Shown in pieces: positions 27,699-38,383 of a DNA stretch of 64,000 nucleotides. Below the pieces are notes generated by a model, which was not told where the DNA came from, did not search any database, and saw nothing but the letters and a program-made list of their open reading frames with translations. A program made the position numbers and the translations under genes. Location: positions 428,020 through 492,019 of the forward strand of contig JALRHH010000001.1 in the NCBI GenBank assembly GCA_023253175.1, given 5' to 3'. The stretch's first letter is position 1; the number at the start of each line of letters is the position of its first letter. The stretch is from Candidatus Saccharimonadia bacterium (GTDB taxonomy: Bacteria > Patescibacteriota > Saccharimonadia > Saccharimonadales > JALRHH01).

Positions 27699-28784
27699 TT
27701 AAGACGAAATCGAGTGCTCTAGGTAGGCGTCGATGAAGTCGTTTAATTTGCCGTCAAGGACATCGTCTGGGTCGGTAGAGACATGGTTAGTTCGGAGATC
27801 TTTAACCTGCTTGTATGGATGAAGCACGTAGCTACGAATTTGGTTACCCCACGCCGCTTGCTCGTTGGGGCCTTTGAGTTCTCGAATATTCTCTTGATGC
27901 TGTTCTAGCTGCAACTGCGCAAGCTTACCACGAAGGATTGTCATGGCCGTTTCTTTATTTTGGATCTGTGAACGCTCGTTTTGAATTGCGACCACGATAT
28001 TTGTTGGAATGTGCGTTACACGAACCGCCGAGTCTGTCGTGTTAACTGACTGACCGCCGTGGCCACCACTGCGGTACACATCGATCTTAAGGTCTTTTTC
28101 ATCAATCTGAACCGCGTCGGGGGTATCGATTTTTGGCGTGACTTCAGCTTTTGCAAAGCTGGTTTGGCGTAGATTATCGCTATTGAATGGACTGAGGCGC
28201 ACCAAACGATGTACACCATGCTCACCCTTTAATTTGCCGTAGGCGTGAACTCCGGAAATCTCCAGCGTGACACTTTTGATACCCGCCTCTTCACCCGCTG
28301 ACTCCTCTAAGATCGTGGCTTTGAGATTGTTCTGCTCTGCCCAACGCACATACATACGAAGTAACATTCCGGCCCAATCCTGAGCATCCGTGCCACCCGC
28401 ACCTGCATGGAGACTCAATATTGCGTCAAAGTCGTCGTATGGACCGTTAAATCTTAGTTCTTGCTTGAGACCCTGAAATGCGGACTCCACTTCGTCCAGC
28501 TGTTTCGTCAGTTCTGATTCGAGCGAGGCGTCACCAAGCCCCAATAGCTCCACTGCTTCATCGATTTTTGCGCGGAGAGACCGCCATGGCTCGGTGCTGC
28601 CTGATAATTTTGACTGCTGCTTAGCAAGCTGCTGTGCAGCATCTGGATCGCCCCAAACATTTGGATCGGCTAACTTTGTATCAAGCTGCGCGAGCTGAGC
28701 GAGCTTTTCGTCCAACGACAACGCCTGCCATACCGAAGCAATATCCGATTGTAATTGCTCGGCGCGCTGCTGCAAAACTTCCAT
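27699..28784 (-). CDS. prfB: peptide chain release factor 2 (single uninterrupted ORF)
   Basis: SPF tripeptide (RLSPFNS) and the GGQ motif ([22 protein letters not shown]). The N-terminus is contiguous, so there is no programmed +1 frameshift site. Confidence 0.95.
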   Translation of the reverse strand: MEVLQQRAEQLQSDIASVWQALSLDEKLAQLAQLDTKLADPNVWGDPDAAQQLAKQQSKLSGSTEPWRSLRAKIDEAVELLGLGDASLESELTKQLDEVESAFQGLKQELRFNGPYDDFDAILSLHAGAGGTDAQDWAGMLLRMYVRWAEQNNLKATILEESAGEEAGIKSVTLEISGVHAYGKLKGEHGVHRLVRLSPFNSDNLRQTSFAKAEVTPKIDTPDAVQIDEKDLKIDVYRSGGHGGQSVNTTDSAVRVTHIPTNIVVAIQNERSQIQNKETAMTILRGKLAQLQLEQHQENIRELKGPNEQAAWGNQIRSYVLHPYKQVKDLRTNHVSTDPDDVLDGKLNDFIDAYLEHSISS

Positions 28785-28790
28785 AGTACG

Positions 28791-30080
28791 TTAAGCCTTC
28801 CAGAGGGGACTTACTTGCTGGTGTAGTCTGTCGACAAATTCTTCACCTGAACTGCCGAGGCAGCCTAGACCCCAAACATTGTCAGTAAACATGTTCCTGG
28901 AAACGCTTACGATCGCATCCTTGGTAACCGCATCAATACGAGCCGGAATCGCATAGTAATCCTCGATTTCACCATCAAAGAAATATCGTCCACTGTATCC
29001 TGATGCGATACCGCTTACGGTTTGACCACCGCGCTGATAGCGGCCGAGTGCATACTGTTTTGCGCTCGCAACATCTTCATCATCCAGTTTTGCCTCGAAC
29101 ACCGATTCAAGCTCTTTAGTAATAATTCCAAATAGTTTTTCGGCATTCTTTGGCATGACCTGTGCCCCAAACCACCAGTTACTACTCTGCTTCGTTTGGC
29201 CAAAGCCAGAACTCATGCTGTATACCAGACCGTGTTCGCGGGCTGTGCCAAGAATACGTGAATACAGGGTTTCAGTGAGCATGGTATTAATAAGACTGAG
29301 TGCATCTGATTCTGGGTCAGAAATACGAGATTTCTTGAATGTATCTATATAGAAATAAAGGTTATCAATGGTGTCGTTTGCGATGTAGAGTGGCTTTTTA
29401 AGACTAATTGGTGTCTCGTCCGGGAGTGCGAGTCGCTTACTGCCAGGCTGCAATTCAATATTTTTAATGAGATCCTCGAGAATTTTCTGGCGATCAGGCG
29501 TGATATTACCAGCGATAACAAAGCGCATATTGCGTGCCGTGTGCGTGTTGGCGTAGTGTTCGAATATGTCAGATAATTTGACATTATCCATGAGCTGGAT
29601 GCGCTTCTGATCAATCATAACCTTAAATCCGTATGCTTCACGCAGTGCGAGACTGAGATGGCGGAAGTGATTATTGCTCCTAGATGTTAGCTCTTCACGA
29701 ACGTTTCCGAATTCGGCTTCGAACTCTTCCTCTAGGAATAATGGCTTAGTGATTGCCGTAAGTAGCAAATCCGCGACGCGGTCCCACTCAAAATCGGCAC
29801 ACTCAGCCTCGTACGTAATATCGTAACTACCAGTACTGGCATTACAGTACGCACCATTTTTTTCGAATTCAGCCTGGAACAATCGGGCTTTTGGAATAAG
29901 CTCGTTCGCACCGAGGAGCACGTGCTCCATGAGGTGCGGCGTTTCCCACTTATTGGTCGCAACCAGGTATTCACCGGCCCTAAAGTTGTATTCAAACGTC
30001 ATCACAGAGGCGTCTGGGATATGGACAAAGAGTCCTTTGACCCCGTTACTTAAACTAACTTCTGTGACAACGTGCTTCAT
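28791..30080 (-). CDS. M16 family (pitrilysin-like) zinc peptidase
   Basis: 429 aa with the inverted zinc motif HxxEH in PHLMEHVLLG. Confidence 0.85.
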   Translation of the reverse strand: MKHVVTEVSLSNGVKGLFVHIPDASVMTFEYNFRAGEYLVATNKWETPHLMEHVLLGANELIPKARLFQAEFEKNGAYCNASTGSYDITYEAECADFEWDRVADLLLTAITKPLFLEEEFEAEFGNVREELTSRSNNHFRHLSLALREAYGFKVMIDQKRIQLMDNVKLSDIFEHYANTHTARNMRFVIAGNITPDRQKILEDLIKNIELQPGSKRLALPDETPISLKKPLYIANDTIDNLYFYIDTFKKSRISDPESDALSLINTMLTETLYSRILGTAREHGLVYSMSSGFGQTKQSSNWWFGAQVMPKNAEKLFGIITKELESVFEAKLDDEDVASAKQYALGRYQRGGQTVSGIASGYSGRYFFDGEIEDYYAIPARIDAVTKDAIVSVSRNMFTDNVWGLGCLGSSGEEFVDRLHQQVSPLWKA

Positions 30081-30112
30081 CAGCGAATAAACCTTTCTAT
30101 TTGTAGTATCAA

Positions 30113-32704
30113 TTATTTGCGGCGCTTGGCTGCAGTCTTGCGCTTGCGCTCTTGTTTGCGAGCTTTCTTGCGCTGGTCAGTTGTTTTCTTCTGCGTCGCA
30201 GCTTCAACCTTGGCCGGCGTAAAGTCAACTTCGTGGAATTCTTCTGCCTCGATGATCTTATCAGCATTGTCGACTGAGTTACGCGCTGCGCGTGTAAGTT
30301 CAGTTTCGACACTGTCGCTCATATCAGCCGGCTGTGCGTGGAAGAGTGCCTTAACAACTTCGTGGCGCATGGTGTTCTGCATCTGATCGAAGATTTCCTG
30401 AGAACGACGGCGGTATTCAACGAGTGGATCGCGCTGACCAACACTTGCCCATGTAATACCTTCGCGGAGGTGGTGCATGTTCTCGAGGTGCTGCATCCAA
30501 AGATTGTCCATAATCTGCATGAAGACACTGCGCTCTACCTTGCGCATAATTTCTTCGCCAAAGTTAGATTCCTGAGCCTGGTACAGCTGCATTGCCTCTT
30601 CCTTCAGGACATCACCAAACTTGTTTGATTCAGTGTCAAACAGACGATCAAGTGCTGCGCTGTCGAACGGGAATACGTGCGTTACGATATCTTCGAGTTT
30701 GTCTGACAAAAGATCCGGTGAATTTGCAATCGCCTTCACTTCGTCTTCGATGTACAGCTTGATACGCTTTTGGATATCAGTCGCAAGCAGTACTTCGCGG
30801 CGCATTGTGTAAATCGCCTTACGGTGACGGTTCATAACGTCGTCGTATTTCACTACGTCCTTACGGGAGTCATAGTGGAAGCCTTCAACTTTCTTCTGCG
30901 CACCTTCGAGGCTCTTGCTGATTATACGATTTTCAATTGGCGTTTCGTCGTCTACACCGAGACGGTTCATAACCGCGCCAATACGCTCACCGCCGAAGAC
31001 ACGCATCAAGTTATCTTCTGTACTGACGTAGAACTGTGTCATACCTGGATCACCCTGACGTCCAGAACGTCCACGGAACTGGTTGTCGACACGGCGGGAT
31101 TCGTTACGTTCGGTGCCGATTACATAGAGACCGCCGAGCTTCTTAGCTTCCTCATCAAGCACAATGTCAGTACCACGACCGGCGATGTTGGTCGCAAGTG
31201 TAATCGCGCCCTTCTGACCAGCCTTAGCAACAACAGCTGCTTCTTTTTCATTGTTCTTTGCGTTAAGTAGATTGTACTTGAGTCCGGCTTTCTTAAGGAG
31301 ATCGCCGAGCACTTCGTTCTTTTCGATTGAGTTGGTACCGATAAGCACCGGTTGGCCCTTGGCATTAAGTGCTTTAACTTCTTTAATAATTGCCTTGAAC
31401 TTACCCATTTCACTACGGTAAATACGGTCGGTCAAGTCAACGCGGGCTACGGTCTTGTTGGATGGAATCTCGACGACTTCGAGCTTGTAGATCTGGTGGA
31501 ACTCCTCTGCCTCTGTTGATGCTGTACCAGTCATTCCCGATAACTTGTCGTAGAGGCGGAAGTAGTTCTGGAATGAAATGGTTGCGAGCGTCATAGATTC
31601 TTCTTGAACCTCAACGTTTTCCTTGGCCTCGATCGCCTGGTGGAGACCTTCGTTATAGCGACGGCCTGCCAGTAGACGGCCAGTGTGCTCGTCAACGATC
31701 ACGACTTCGCCTTCGCGGGTTACGACGTAGTCTTTGTCACGCTTGAACATTGTTTCTGCCTTTAGAGCCTGTTCAAGGTGATAGAGCGTACGGATGTTAC
31801 CGCCAGCGTAGAGGTTATCAACGCCGAGAATTTTTTCTACATGCTCAATACCCTTGTCGGTCAGGACAACTGCACGGCGCTTTTCGTCCTTTTCGTAGTC
31901 CTCTTCTTTGAGCTGCTTGGCGACCTTTGCAAACTGAGAGTATGCATTACCACTTGTTACAGATGGAGCTGAAATGATCAGCGGAGTTCGAGCTTCGTCA
32001 ATCAGAATTGAGTCAACCTCGTCAACGATCGCAAAGTTAAGTTCGCGCTGGCGAAGCTGGTCAACCTCTTGGACCATGTTGTCACGAAGGTAGTCAAATC
32101 CAAATTCGTTGTTTGTACCGTACGTAATATCAGCCTTGTAGGCCTCCTGGCGAGTCGCTGGGCGAAGCTTGCGCATGCGAGGATCATCGTGATCTTTATT
32201 GTCGTAATTCGCGTCAAATACAAATGAAGCGTCAGCGATAATACAACCAACCGACAGGCCAAGATAGCTGTACATCTGACCCATCCAGCCAGCGTCACGC
32301 TGTGCGAGATATTCGTTAACCGTCACGACATGTACGCCCTTGCCGGTAAGCGCGTTGAGGTAGGCCGGGAGAACTGCCACCTGTGTCTTACCTTCACCGG
32401 TTTTCATTTCCGCAACAGAACCTTCGTGCAGCACCATACCACCGATCAGCTGTACGTCGTAGTGGCGCTGACCGATAACGCGGCGGGTCGCTTCGCGGGC
32501 AACCGCAAAGGCATCTGGCAGGATCTTATCGAGTGATTCTTTCTTGAGGCGCTCTTTTAGTTCATCAGTCTGGGCTTTAAGCTTGGCGTCGCTCAGCTTC
32601 TTATACTTGTCCTCGAGCGCGTTAATATCCTTTACGCGCTTCTTAAGGCGCTTGAGCGTCTTGACCTGCGGGTCACCCAAAATACGTTTCGCAATTTTCT
32701 TCAT
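30113..32704 (-). CDS. secA: preprotein translocase ATPase SecA
   Basis: Canonical SecA motifs MKTGEGKT, DEVDSILIDEARTPLIIS and TNIAGRGTDI. I prefer the ATG at 32704 (MKKIAKRILGD…). The C-terminal tail is basic. Confidence 0.97.
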   Translation of the reverse strand: MKKIAKRILGDPQVKTLKRLKKRVKDINALEDKYKKLSDAKLKAQTDELKERLKKESLDKILPDAFAVAREATRRVIGQRHYDVQLIGGMVLHEGSVAEMKTGEGKTQVAVLPAYLNALTGKGVHVVTVNEYLAQRDAGWMGQMYSYLGLSVGCIIADASFVFDANYDNKDHDDPRMRKLRPATRQEAYKADITYGTNNEFGFDYLRDNMVQEVDQLRQRELNFAIVDEVDSILIDEARTPLIISAPSVTSGNAYSQFAKVAKQLKEEDYEKDEKRRAVVLTDKGIEHVEKILGVDNLYAGGNIRTLYHLEQALKAETMFKRDKDYVVTREGEVVIVDEHTGRLLAGRRYNEGLHQAIEAKENVEVQEESMTLATISFQNYFRLYDKLSGMTGTASTEAEEFHQIYKLEVVEIPSNKTVARVDLTDRIYRSEMGKFKAIIKEVKALNAKGQPVLIGTNSIEKNEVLGDLLKKAGLKYNLLNAKNNEKEAAVVAKAGQKGAITLATNIAGRGTDIVLDEEAKKLGGLYVIGTERNESRRVDNQFRGRSGRQGDPGMTQFYVSTEDNLMRVFGGERIGAVMNRLGVDDETPIENRIISKSLEGAQKKVEGFHYDSRKDVVKYDDVMNRHRKAIYTMRREVLLATDIQKRIKLYIEDEVKAIANSPDLLSDKLEDIVTHVFPFDSAALDRLFDTESNKFGDVLKEEAMQLYQAQESNFGEEIMRKVERSVFMQIMDNLWMQHLENMHHLREGITWASVGQRDPLVEYRRRSQEIFDQMQNTMRHEVVKALFHAQPADMSDSVETELTRAARNSVDNADKIIEAEEFHEVDFTPAKVEAATQKKTTDQRKKARKQERKRKTAAKRRK

Positions 32705-32758
32705 GTACTCCCTCTTCTTCGAAAAAGTCGGTCTATCTGCCGAATAACTAATGTATCT

Positions 32759-32769
32759 ATTGTACCCCA
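32759..32769 (-). promoter_or_regulatory. extended -10 promoter TGGGGTACAAT for secA
   Basis: The reverse complement of 32759-32769 is TGGGGTACAAT, about 55 nt upstream of the secA ATG. Confidence 0.5.
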
Positions 32770-32834
32770 AGGCCTACCCTGTTACCAGAAGCTGACGAAG
32801 TATTTTTCCCAACGTTCCGTAGACAATATAAAAA

Positions 32835-32923
32835 GCGTGAAAACCTTCTTTAGACAAAGTTTTCACGCTGTAACAGATGAAGCTATGCTGTGTGAAATGT
32901 TCTGTAGCCAAAACTTTTCACAG
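32835..32923. repeat. composite double-hairpin intergenic element, copy A
   Basis: GCGTGAAAAC-N14-GTTTTCACGC, then tg-TAACAGATG, then TGTGAAA-N18-TTTCACA. It ends 7 nt from the hpf stop. An A5 run at 32830-32834 gives a U-run on the minus strand. Confidence 0.85.
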
Positions 32924-32929
32924 AAAATA

Positions 32930-33292
32930 TTACGCCGGAGTGCGCTTAAGCCGCATAATTACCTTTCGATGAATTCTATGGGCGTTATGAGTATCCTTGT
33001 ATTTCTTAAGCTGGTTCTTGAGGCGGGCCTCTACGATATCTACAGCCGCGAACATATTGATGGTCGATTCTTTGACGATGATAGTGTCACCAGGAAGATG
33101 AAGTACGACTTCGCACTCGCGCTCTTGCTTGGCCTTAATCGTTCGCTCTTTAACGAAGACTTCAGCGTGGGCGGACTCACGGGCGTGCCGTGGCATGTAC
33201 TTATCAAGTTTGCCAATCTTCCGTGTAATATACTTCTTTAGGTCGTCGGTTAAAACTGTATGAACGCCATTGATCTCCAACTTTTGGATCAT
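32930..33292 (-). CDS. hpf: ribosome hibernation promoting factor
   Basis: MIQKLEINGVHTVLTDDLKKYITRKIGKLDKY… matches the HPF/RaiA (sigma-54 modulation protein) pattern. I prefer the ATG at 33292, which is preceded by AAGGAGGG. Confidence 0.85.
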   Translation of the reverse strand: MIQKLEINGVHTVLTDDLKKYITRKIGKLDKYMPRHARESAHAEVFVKERTIKAKQERECEVVLHLPGDTIIVKESTINMFAAVDIVEARLKNQLKKYKDTHNAHRIHRKVIMRLKRTPA

Positions 33293-33382
33293 ATGCCCTC
33301 CTTGTTTTAGATGCTTCGGGTAGTGACTACCCGATACCATTATTATACGCCTGTCCGTGAAAGAAAACTGTGAATCGTTTGA

Positions 33383-34681
33383 CTAAATACGTTCGCGGCC
33401 GCCCATGTATGGACGAAGCGCTTCAGGTACCACTACATCGCCTTCAGCCGTCTGATAGTTTTCGATAATGGCGATCGGACCACGACTTAGTGGAAGTGCG
33501 GTTGCATCATTGGTGTGAATGATTTCTAGTTCACCAGAGGTTCGTTTTACGCGAGTCTTGAGGCGACGTGCCTGATAATTAGTCATATAGTCAGCAGTGT
33601 GGGTTTCACGGTACTTTTGCTGACCTGGCATCCATGCTTCGATATCAACTCCGCGTGCATTTGGCTTGCCAATATCAGCCGTACATTTACTCAGTACCTG
33701 ATACGGAATTTCTAGAAGCTGCATAATTTTTTCCTGGATTGCTATAAGGAATAGATGTTCGTCGGTACCAACTTCACCAAGTCCTAAGCTCTCCATTTCA
33801 AGTTTATCGAATTGGTGCATACGGAAGATACCTTCCATGTCCTTGCCGTAGGTACCGGCTTCGCGTCGGAAGCTTGAGGCATAACCGATATAACGAATTG
33901 GCAGTTCAGCTTCCTGAAAGACTTCATCTGCGTGCATGCTCCCCAGCACATGTTCGGCACTTCCCTGTAACCACAGATCTTCGTCTTCAATCTTATAACG
34001 GTCATCACGTGGTTCTAAACGGTCCATCGCATCATATAATTCAGTGCGAAGCATGAACGGAGGCAGCACCGGGAGGAATGGTTTGTTGCTCACGCTTAGA
34101 TTATTCTCTGAAATAACTTCGTCAATAAATGACTGGTCAGTTAACTTATCCATGACAAATTGAATGATCGCAAACTGCAACTTAACCAAATCGCCCTTTA
34201 GATATGCGAAACGAGGACCGGTAACTTTGGCAGCGCGCTCTTTGTCGAGCCAGCCTTTTGCGTAGGCAATATCTGCGTGGCTCTTTGGCTCGAAATCGAA
34301 CTTCGTTGGTTCACCAACAATTTTTGCTACGACGTTTTCGTCTTCGCTTGCGCCAACAGGCACATCATCAGCTGGCATATTTGGCACTTTCTTAAGCAGA
34401 TCAATAAATTCTTGCTCGATGCTTCCAAGTTGGTGTTCAAGATCCGCAAGCTGATCTTTGATTTCTTTGCCTTTGGCGATCATTTCATCTGATGGCTTGC
34501 CGCCCTTCATGCTGGCTGCAATTTCGTTACGCTGCTGACGGAGCGCATCTACCTCACCCTGCAGGCTTCGGCGCTTTTCATCAAAGCCAAGTAACTGCGT
34601 GACATCAATGTCATAGCCTTTTTGTTTGCTTTTTTCAGCAACAAGTTCTGGATTATCTCGAATTATCTGTATATCAATCAT
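33383..34681 (-). CDS. serS: serine--tRNA ligase
   Basis: 432 aa with an N-terminal coiled-coil arm (MIDIQIIRDNPE…) and class II motifs. A TATACT box lies 6 nt upstream of the ATG. Confidence 0.97.
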   Translation of the reverse strand: MIDIQIIRDNPELVAEKSKQKGYDIDVTQLLGFDEKRRSLQGEVDALRQQRNEIAASMKGGKPSDEMIAKGKEIKDQLADLEHQLGSIEQEFIDLLKKVPNMPADDVPVGASEDENVVAKIVGEPTKFDFEPKSHADIAYAKGWLDKERAAKVTGPRFAYLKGDLVKLQFAIIQFVMDKLTDQSFIDEVISENNLSVSNKPFLPVLPPFMLRTELYDAMDRLEPRDDRYKIEDEDLWLQGSAEHVLGSMHADEVFQEAELPIRYIGYASSFRREAGTYGKDMEGIFRMHQFDKLEMESLGLGEVGTDEHLFLIAIQEKIMQLLEIPYQVLSKCTADIGKPNARGVDIEAWMPGQQKYRETHTADYMTNYQARRLKTRVKRTSGELEIIHTNDATALPLSRGPIAIIENYQTAEGDVVVPEALRPYMGGRERI

Positions 34682-34695
34682 GCAGACAGTATAAC

Positions 34696-35493
34696 TTACT
34701 TCTTAGAAATCTTGGACTTCAAAGCCTCGAGAGTGAGTTCTGTTCGCTGGCGAGCGTAGGTACAGAATTCGCAAGGACCACCCATCGCAGCAGTGCCAAT
34801 TGGCGGCATCGTGTCACTGTCCATACATGCTTTCATTGCCACAATGGTCTGCTCCACCCAGTCTGATGATCCGGTATGAGGAAACACATGTGTCACAAAT
34901 TCTACTCGATTGTTGAATCCATCGAGATCCTGACGGCCAGTTGCATACACAAAATATCCAGTATCACTCACTGCAAAGCCGTTTTGACGAAGTAGCCACT
35001 GGTATACCTCCATCTGGCGACGGTACATGTCGTGCCACGTTCCCTCTGGGCCAAGCGCCGTTACGGGCTTATCCTTAGCAGTTGCTTTGTAATCAACCAC
35101 GATAAGTTCACCATCGTCGTTTACCCAAATATCATCAACCGCCCCAAAAATATGAAGGTTGGTTGGTTTATGCAGGGTGGTTATGCCTGTAAAGTTGTAG
35201 CGCCATGTATCAAGATCATCGTGTTGATACGGCACTGCTTTGATCTGATTGTCGAGCATCAATGGATGAGGCTCGCCCTTTGCCCGGTAGCCATCAAATT
35301 CTTTTTTAAATAGTTCATCAATAGCTTTGTTGATATTAAACGGAGGTCCGCTTGGGCGCGTAATTTTGAGCCGAGCGTCCAGCCAAAAGCAGCGCTGACA
35401 CTGCATGAACAGTTCTATTTTGCTGCGTGACAATTTAAACGGTGTTTTTTGACCCGGTAAATACGGCTGTGATCGTTCCCTCGTGTAACTCAT
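34696..35493 (-). CDS. PD-(D/E)XK nuclease family protein, Cas4/RecB-like, with Cys cluster
   Basis: 265 aa. N-terminal CQRCFW plus C-terminal CEFCTY resemble 4Fe-4S ligands as in the Cas4/AddB type. The nuclease core is GAVDDIWV…VVDYKAT. Confidence 0.6.
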   Translation of the reverse strand: MSYTRERSQPYLPGQKTPFKLSRSKIELFMQCQRCFWLDARLKITRPSGPPFNINKAIDELFKKEFDGYRAKGEPHPLMLDNQIKAVPYQHDDLDTWRYNFTGITTLHKPTNLHIFGAVDDIWVNDDGELIVVDYKATAKDKPVTALGPEGTWHDMYRRQMEVYQWLLRQNGFAVSDTGYFVYATGRQDLDGFNNRVEFVTHVFPHTGSSDWVEQTIVAMKACMDSDTMPPIGTAAMGGPCEFCTYARQRTELTLEALKSKISKK

Positions 35494-35512
35494 GTTTGTC
35501 TATTGTATCAGC

Positions 35513-37621
35513 CTAGGTGTGCGAGACTTGCAAATGCCCGTGCTGCAAATTGAATTTATAAAGCTTATGTCGTCCATAGTGGCGCATGATAAAGTAAGCA
35601 CCCGCTAAAGTACCGCCCATTCCGATGCCGCCCAACAATATAAGTAATGCCGCAGATGGGTCCTTCACGTCCTTGCCTGCAGCTATTGCCTGGCGTGACA
35701 TATCGGCATATTGTTCAGCAAGCCGATGCGAAGGATAGAGCGCGCGAACTTGTTCAAATTTAGAGAGCGCTTTTGAGTAGTAGTGCTTACTGTACAGATC
35801 GAGTCCCTCTGCCCACAGAGCCTGTACCCTACCGTCTGCATTCAATGTCACATCTTTTTTATTAACTAAATCCTTGAAGTCTTTAATATCACGGACGTAG
35901 CTCTTAGCGGCATCGCCTGATTCGCCGCTATCATAGCGGTATGTTAATAGACCGATTGATTTGCCTTCGCTATTAACCGCAGGGCCACCACTGTTGCCAC
36001 GTGATGCGTCAGCGTCTGTTTGATACAACTTGCCCGCGCCGCCAGCAGCATCACGAACTGAATTGATAGTGCCTTTAGTTACCGTGACATCAGTTGTTGA
36101 ACTATCGATAAGCTCGTTGTCTGCGTCCCCCGGGAAACCAAACAATGTCACTGGCTGGTTTTGACGCGCGACAGTATCCGAAAGTGTGATGTATGGCGCA
36201 TCCTTGACATCTATTTTCAGGAGTGCGACATCACTTGCCGAAAATCCATTTGATGACTTTGCAATGATACTGAGCTTATCTTCTGACTTGTAGTCATAGC
36301 CGATCACGGCCGCTTGCCGAAAATCCATCGTCTGCTCAAAGTTAGTTGTTAGCTTTTTAATATCGGCTTCGCTGCCCAGCGGCAGTGCTGCCCTGCCTGT
36401 TGCAGCCACGGTAATCTCTCGCTGATTACGCAGCCTAAGGGCATTATCCGGTAGATCATATACTTTGCTTACAGCGGAAGCAGTCAGATCACTGCGACTC
36501 ATTACTTCGCCTATTTGCTTCGTGTTTAAGCCCAGGCCAGCTAAATATTTTTGTAGGAGTGGCCTACTTTGAAGCAGTGCGTCAACAAGCATATCTTTTG
36601 CTCCGTACACGACAACATGCCCATTTGTTGCCACATAACCATCACTTGATACGATGAATCCGCTACCTGTTTTTGCGATACATGTATCACTGGAAAGTTC
36701 AGAACCGTTAAATTCCAAGCTACCACAAATAGTGTGGTATATCTTTACGACAGCCGGTGAAACGAGATCAGCAACATAGGCCTCGCCAACAATAGGTTGC
36801 TGCTTTTTTGCAAAAACAGAGAGACCTTTTACGCTCGCGTCAGTACTGAGCTGCATGGATTGGAGTACTGGCTGCATGGTTGTTGGCACAGCTGCCCCGC
36901 CGCTGATACCGCGAATCGTAATGGCAACTGGTTTTGCATTCACCTGCGCAGACCATACGATAGTTCTTGTGGTGCTACCGGCAAATTTTGGAGCAACAAC
37001 ATACACCGTCTTTGTGACGAAGCTACCGCCAAATGATTCAGTAGTGCGTGATTCTTCGGTAATTGTAGCGAGATTAGTTGAAGGCGGCGCGAAATAATCA
37101 GCCGTTATGGCAGTAATATCAGTTTTGCGCTGGTAGTTATTTTTATACGCCGCGAACGCAGCTGCGTCTGTTTCGGCAAGAACTTCGAGTTCTGTAGCAG
37201 CTTCGTTTGCCGGCACGACACTCGGCAGTGGCTTCAGTGTTACGCCTGTGACCGCAGCACTTTTAGCAAGATCGTCAGCGGAAATATTTGGTCCCGACTC
37301 CTGCTGATGAATCGAAGCCGTAAACTGTTCTGGACTATAGACAAACCCAAAACCGTATGAGGAGCGGACCATTGTTGTTTTAATAGCTTGAGTATTGGTT
37401 ACCGCTTGGGAGAAAAGAGATCTTGGATCAATGGTTTGCCGCGTGATAATCGTAGCCACCTCGAGTAGCAATGCGCCAACAAAAAGCACGCTAACGGCAA
37501 GTAGTAGTAAATGACGCCCACGCACCGGCTTTGCGTGGTACGGCAAATGAAGCATATCGCCAACAATGACGCCTATACCATGCGGTGGTGTTTGTTTTGC
37601 TCCTGACGCCGTAAATGGCAT
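35513..37621 (-). CDS. membrane-anchored trypsin-like (S1) serine protease
   Basis: 702 aa. N-terminal TM, catalytic region TNGHVV…GNSGGPAVN, and a C-terminal helical region with a second TM. The start codon is uncertain. Confidence 0.7.
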   Translation of the reverse strand: MPFTASGAKQTPPHGIGVIVGDMLHLPYHAKPVRGRHLLLLAVSVLFVGALLLEVATIITRQTIDPRSLFSQAVTNTQAIKTTMVRSSYGFGFVYSPEQFTASIHQQESGPNISADDLAKSAAVTGVTLKPLPSVVPANEAATELEVLAETDAAAFAAYKNNYQRKTDITAITADYFAPPSTNLATITEESRTTESFGGSFVTKTVYVVAPKFAGSTTRTIVWSAQVNAKPVAITIRGISGGAAVPTTMQPVLQSMQLSTDASVKGLSVFAKKQQPIVGEAYVADLVSPAVVKIYHTICGSLEFNGSELSSDTCIAKTGSGFIVSSDGYVATNGHVVVYGAKDMLVDALLQSRPLLQKYLAGLGLNTKQIGEVMSRSDLTASAVSKVYDLPDNALRLRNQREITVAATGRAALPLGSEADIKKLTTNFEQTMDFRQAAVIGYDYKSEDKLSIIAKSSNGFSASDVALLKIDVKDAPYITLSDTVARQNQPVTLFGFPGDADNELIDSSTTDVTVTKGTINSVRDAAGGAGKLYQTDADASRGNSGGPAVNSEGKSIGLLTYRYDSGESGDAAKSYVRDIKDFKDLVNKKDVTLNADGRVQALWAEGLDLYSKHYYSKALSKFEQVRALYPSHRLAEQYADMSRQAIAAGKDVKDPSAALLILLGGIGMGGTLAGAYFIMRHYGRHKLYKFNLQHGHLQVSHT

Positions 37622-37690
37622 ACATTCCCCTTTTGCTTAAGGATAAGTATATCAGAGGTATACTCGAAAATATATGCTAGAAAATAGTTC

Positions 37691-38383
37691 CTAAGGAAGA
37701 AGCTTTGCGGCAGCCGTAACAGCGGCAGTTTCAGCGCGGAGTGTGAACTGGCCAAGACCAAGATGAGGTAGGTTGTGCTGGGTAAAAAGTTCATGCTCCG
37801 CGTCACTCCAACCGCCTTCTGGACCAATAAGCACACCAATTGAATCACCGCTGGTTGCCTCAGGAATAGCGCCGCCCTGTTCGCATATGACGAGCGGTAT
37901 ACTCTGCCCAACATGATCAAGCGCCGTTTTTACAAGCATTGGCTCCCGTACGTTCGGTATATCGCTACGACCACATTGCTCCGCAGCCTCGATCACGATC
38001 TTATGCGCACGCTCTGCGTCAAAACCAGTCTTTTCTGAACGCTCTGCGAGCATCGGCACAAAATGTGTCACACCGAGCTCAGTCGCCTTTTGGAGCACCC
38101 AATCATTCTTATCCTTTTTGAGCAGTGACCACAGTAGATACACCTCCTTTGATGGAAGCTGCCGCTCGTAATCAGTCACAAGCTCTAAATGCGCTTCGTC
38201 TGGCTTAATTTCCACAATCTTGTACAACCTATCGGTTTGCGCGCCATCAAATAACAAGACATTCTGCCCTGCCTGATAACGTAAAACTTTGTTCCACTGA
38301 TGAATAAGCCGCTCATCGTGTAGCCAAAATGAATGTTTTAATTCAAATTCATTACCGACATAAAACCTGTGAACTCGGCTCAT
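37691..38383 (-). CDS. rsmE: 16S rRNA (uracil1498-N3)-methyltransferase
   Basis: The N-terminus MSRVHRFYV…, the size (230 aa) and the C-terminal GPEGGW motif are typical of RsmE. Confidence 0.85.
   Translation of the reverse strand: MSRVHRFYVGNEFELKHSFWLHDERLIHQWNKVLRYQAGQNVLLFDGAQTDRLYKIVEIKPDEAHLELVTDYERQLPSKEVYLLWSLLKKDKNDWVLQKATELGVTHFVPMLAERSEKTGFDAERAHKIVIEAAEQCGRSDIPNVREPMLVKTALDHVGQSIPLVICEQGGAIPEATSGDSIGVLIGPEGGWSDAEHELFTQHNLPHLGLGQFTLRAETAAVTAAAKLLP

Noticed and set aside
27699-28784. Looked for the programmed +1 frameshift site typical of prfB
   Set aside because: The RF2 ORF is uninterrupted from a normal N-terminus (MEVLQQRAEQLQ…) through SPF and GGQ. There is no in-frame UGA or split ORF, so this RF2 is not frameshift-regulated.
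32837-33241. 134-aa plus-strand ORF overlapping hpf and repeat copy A (likewise 47798-47983 over copy B)
   Set aside because: It starts inside the hairpin repeat and runs antisense to a well-supported hpf gene with a strong SD. There are no motifs.
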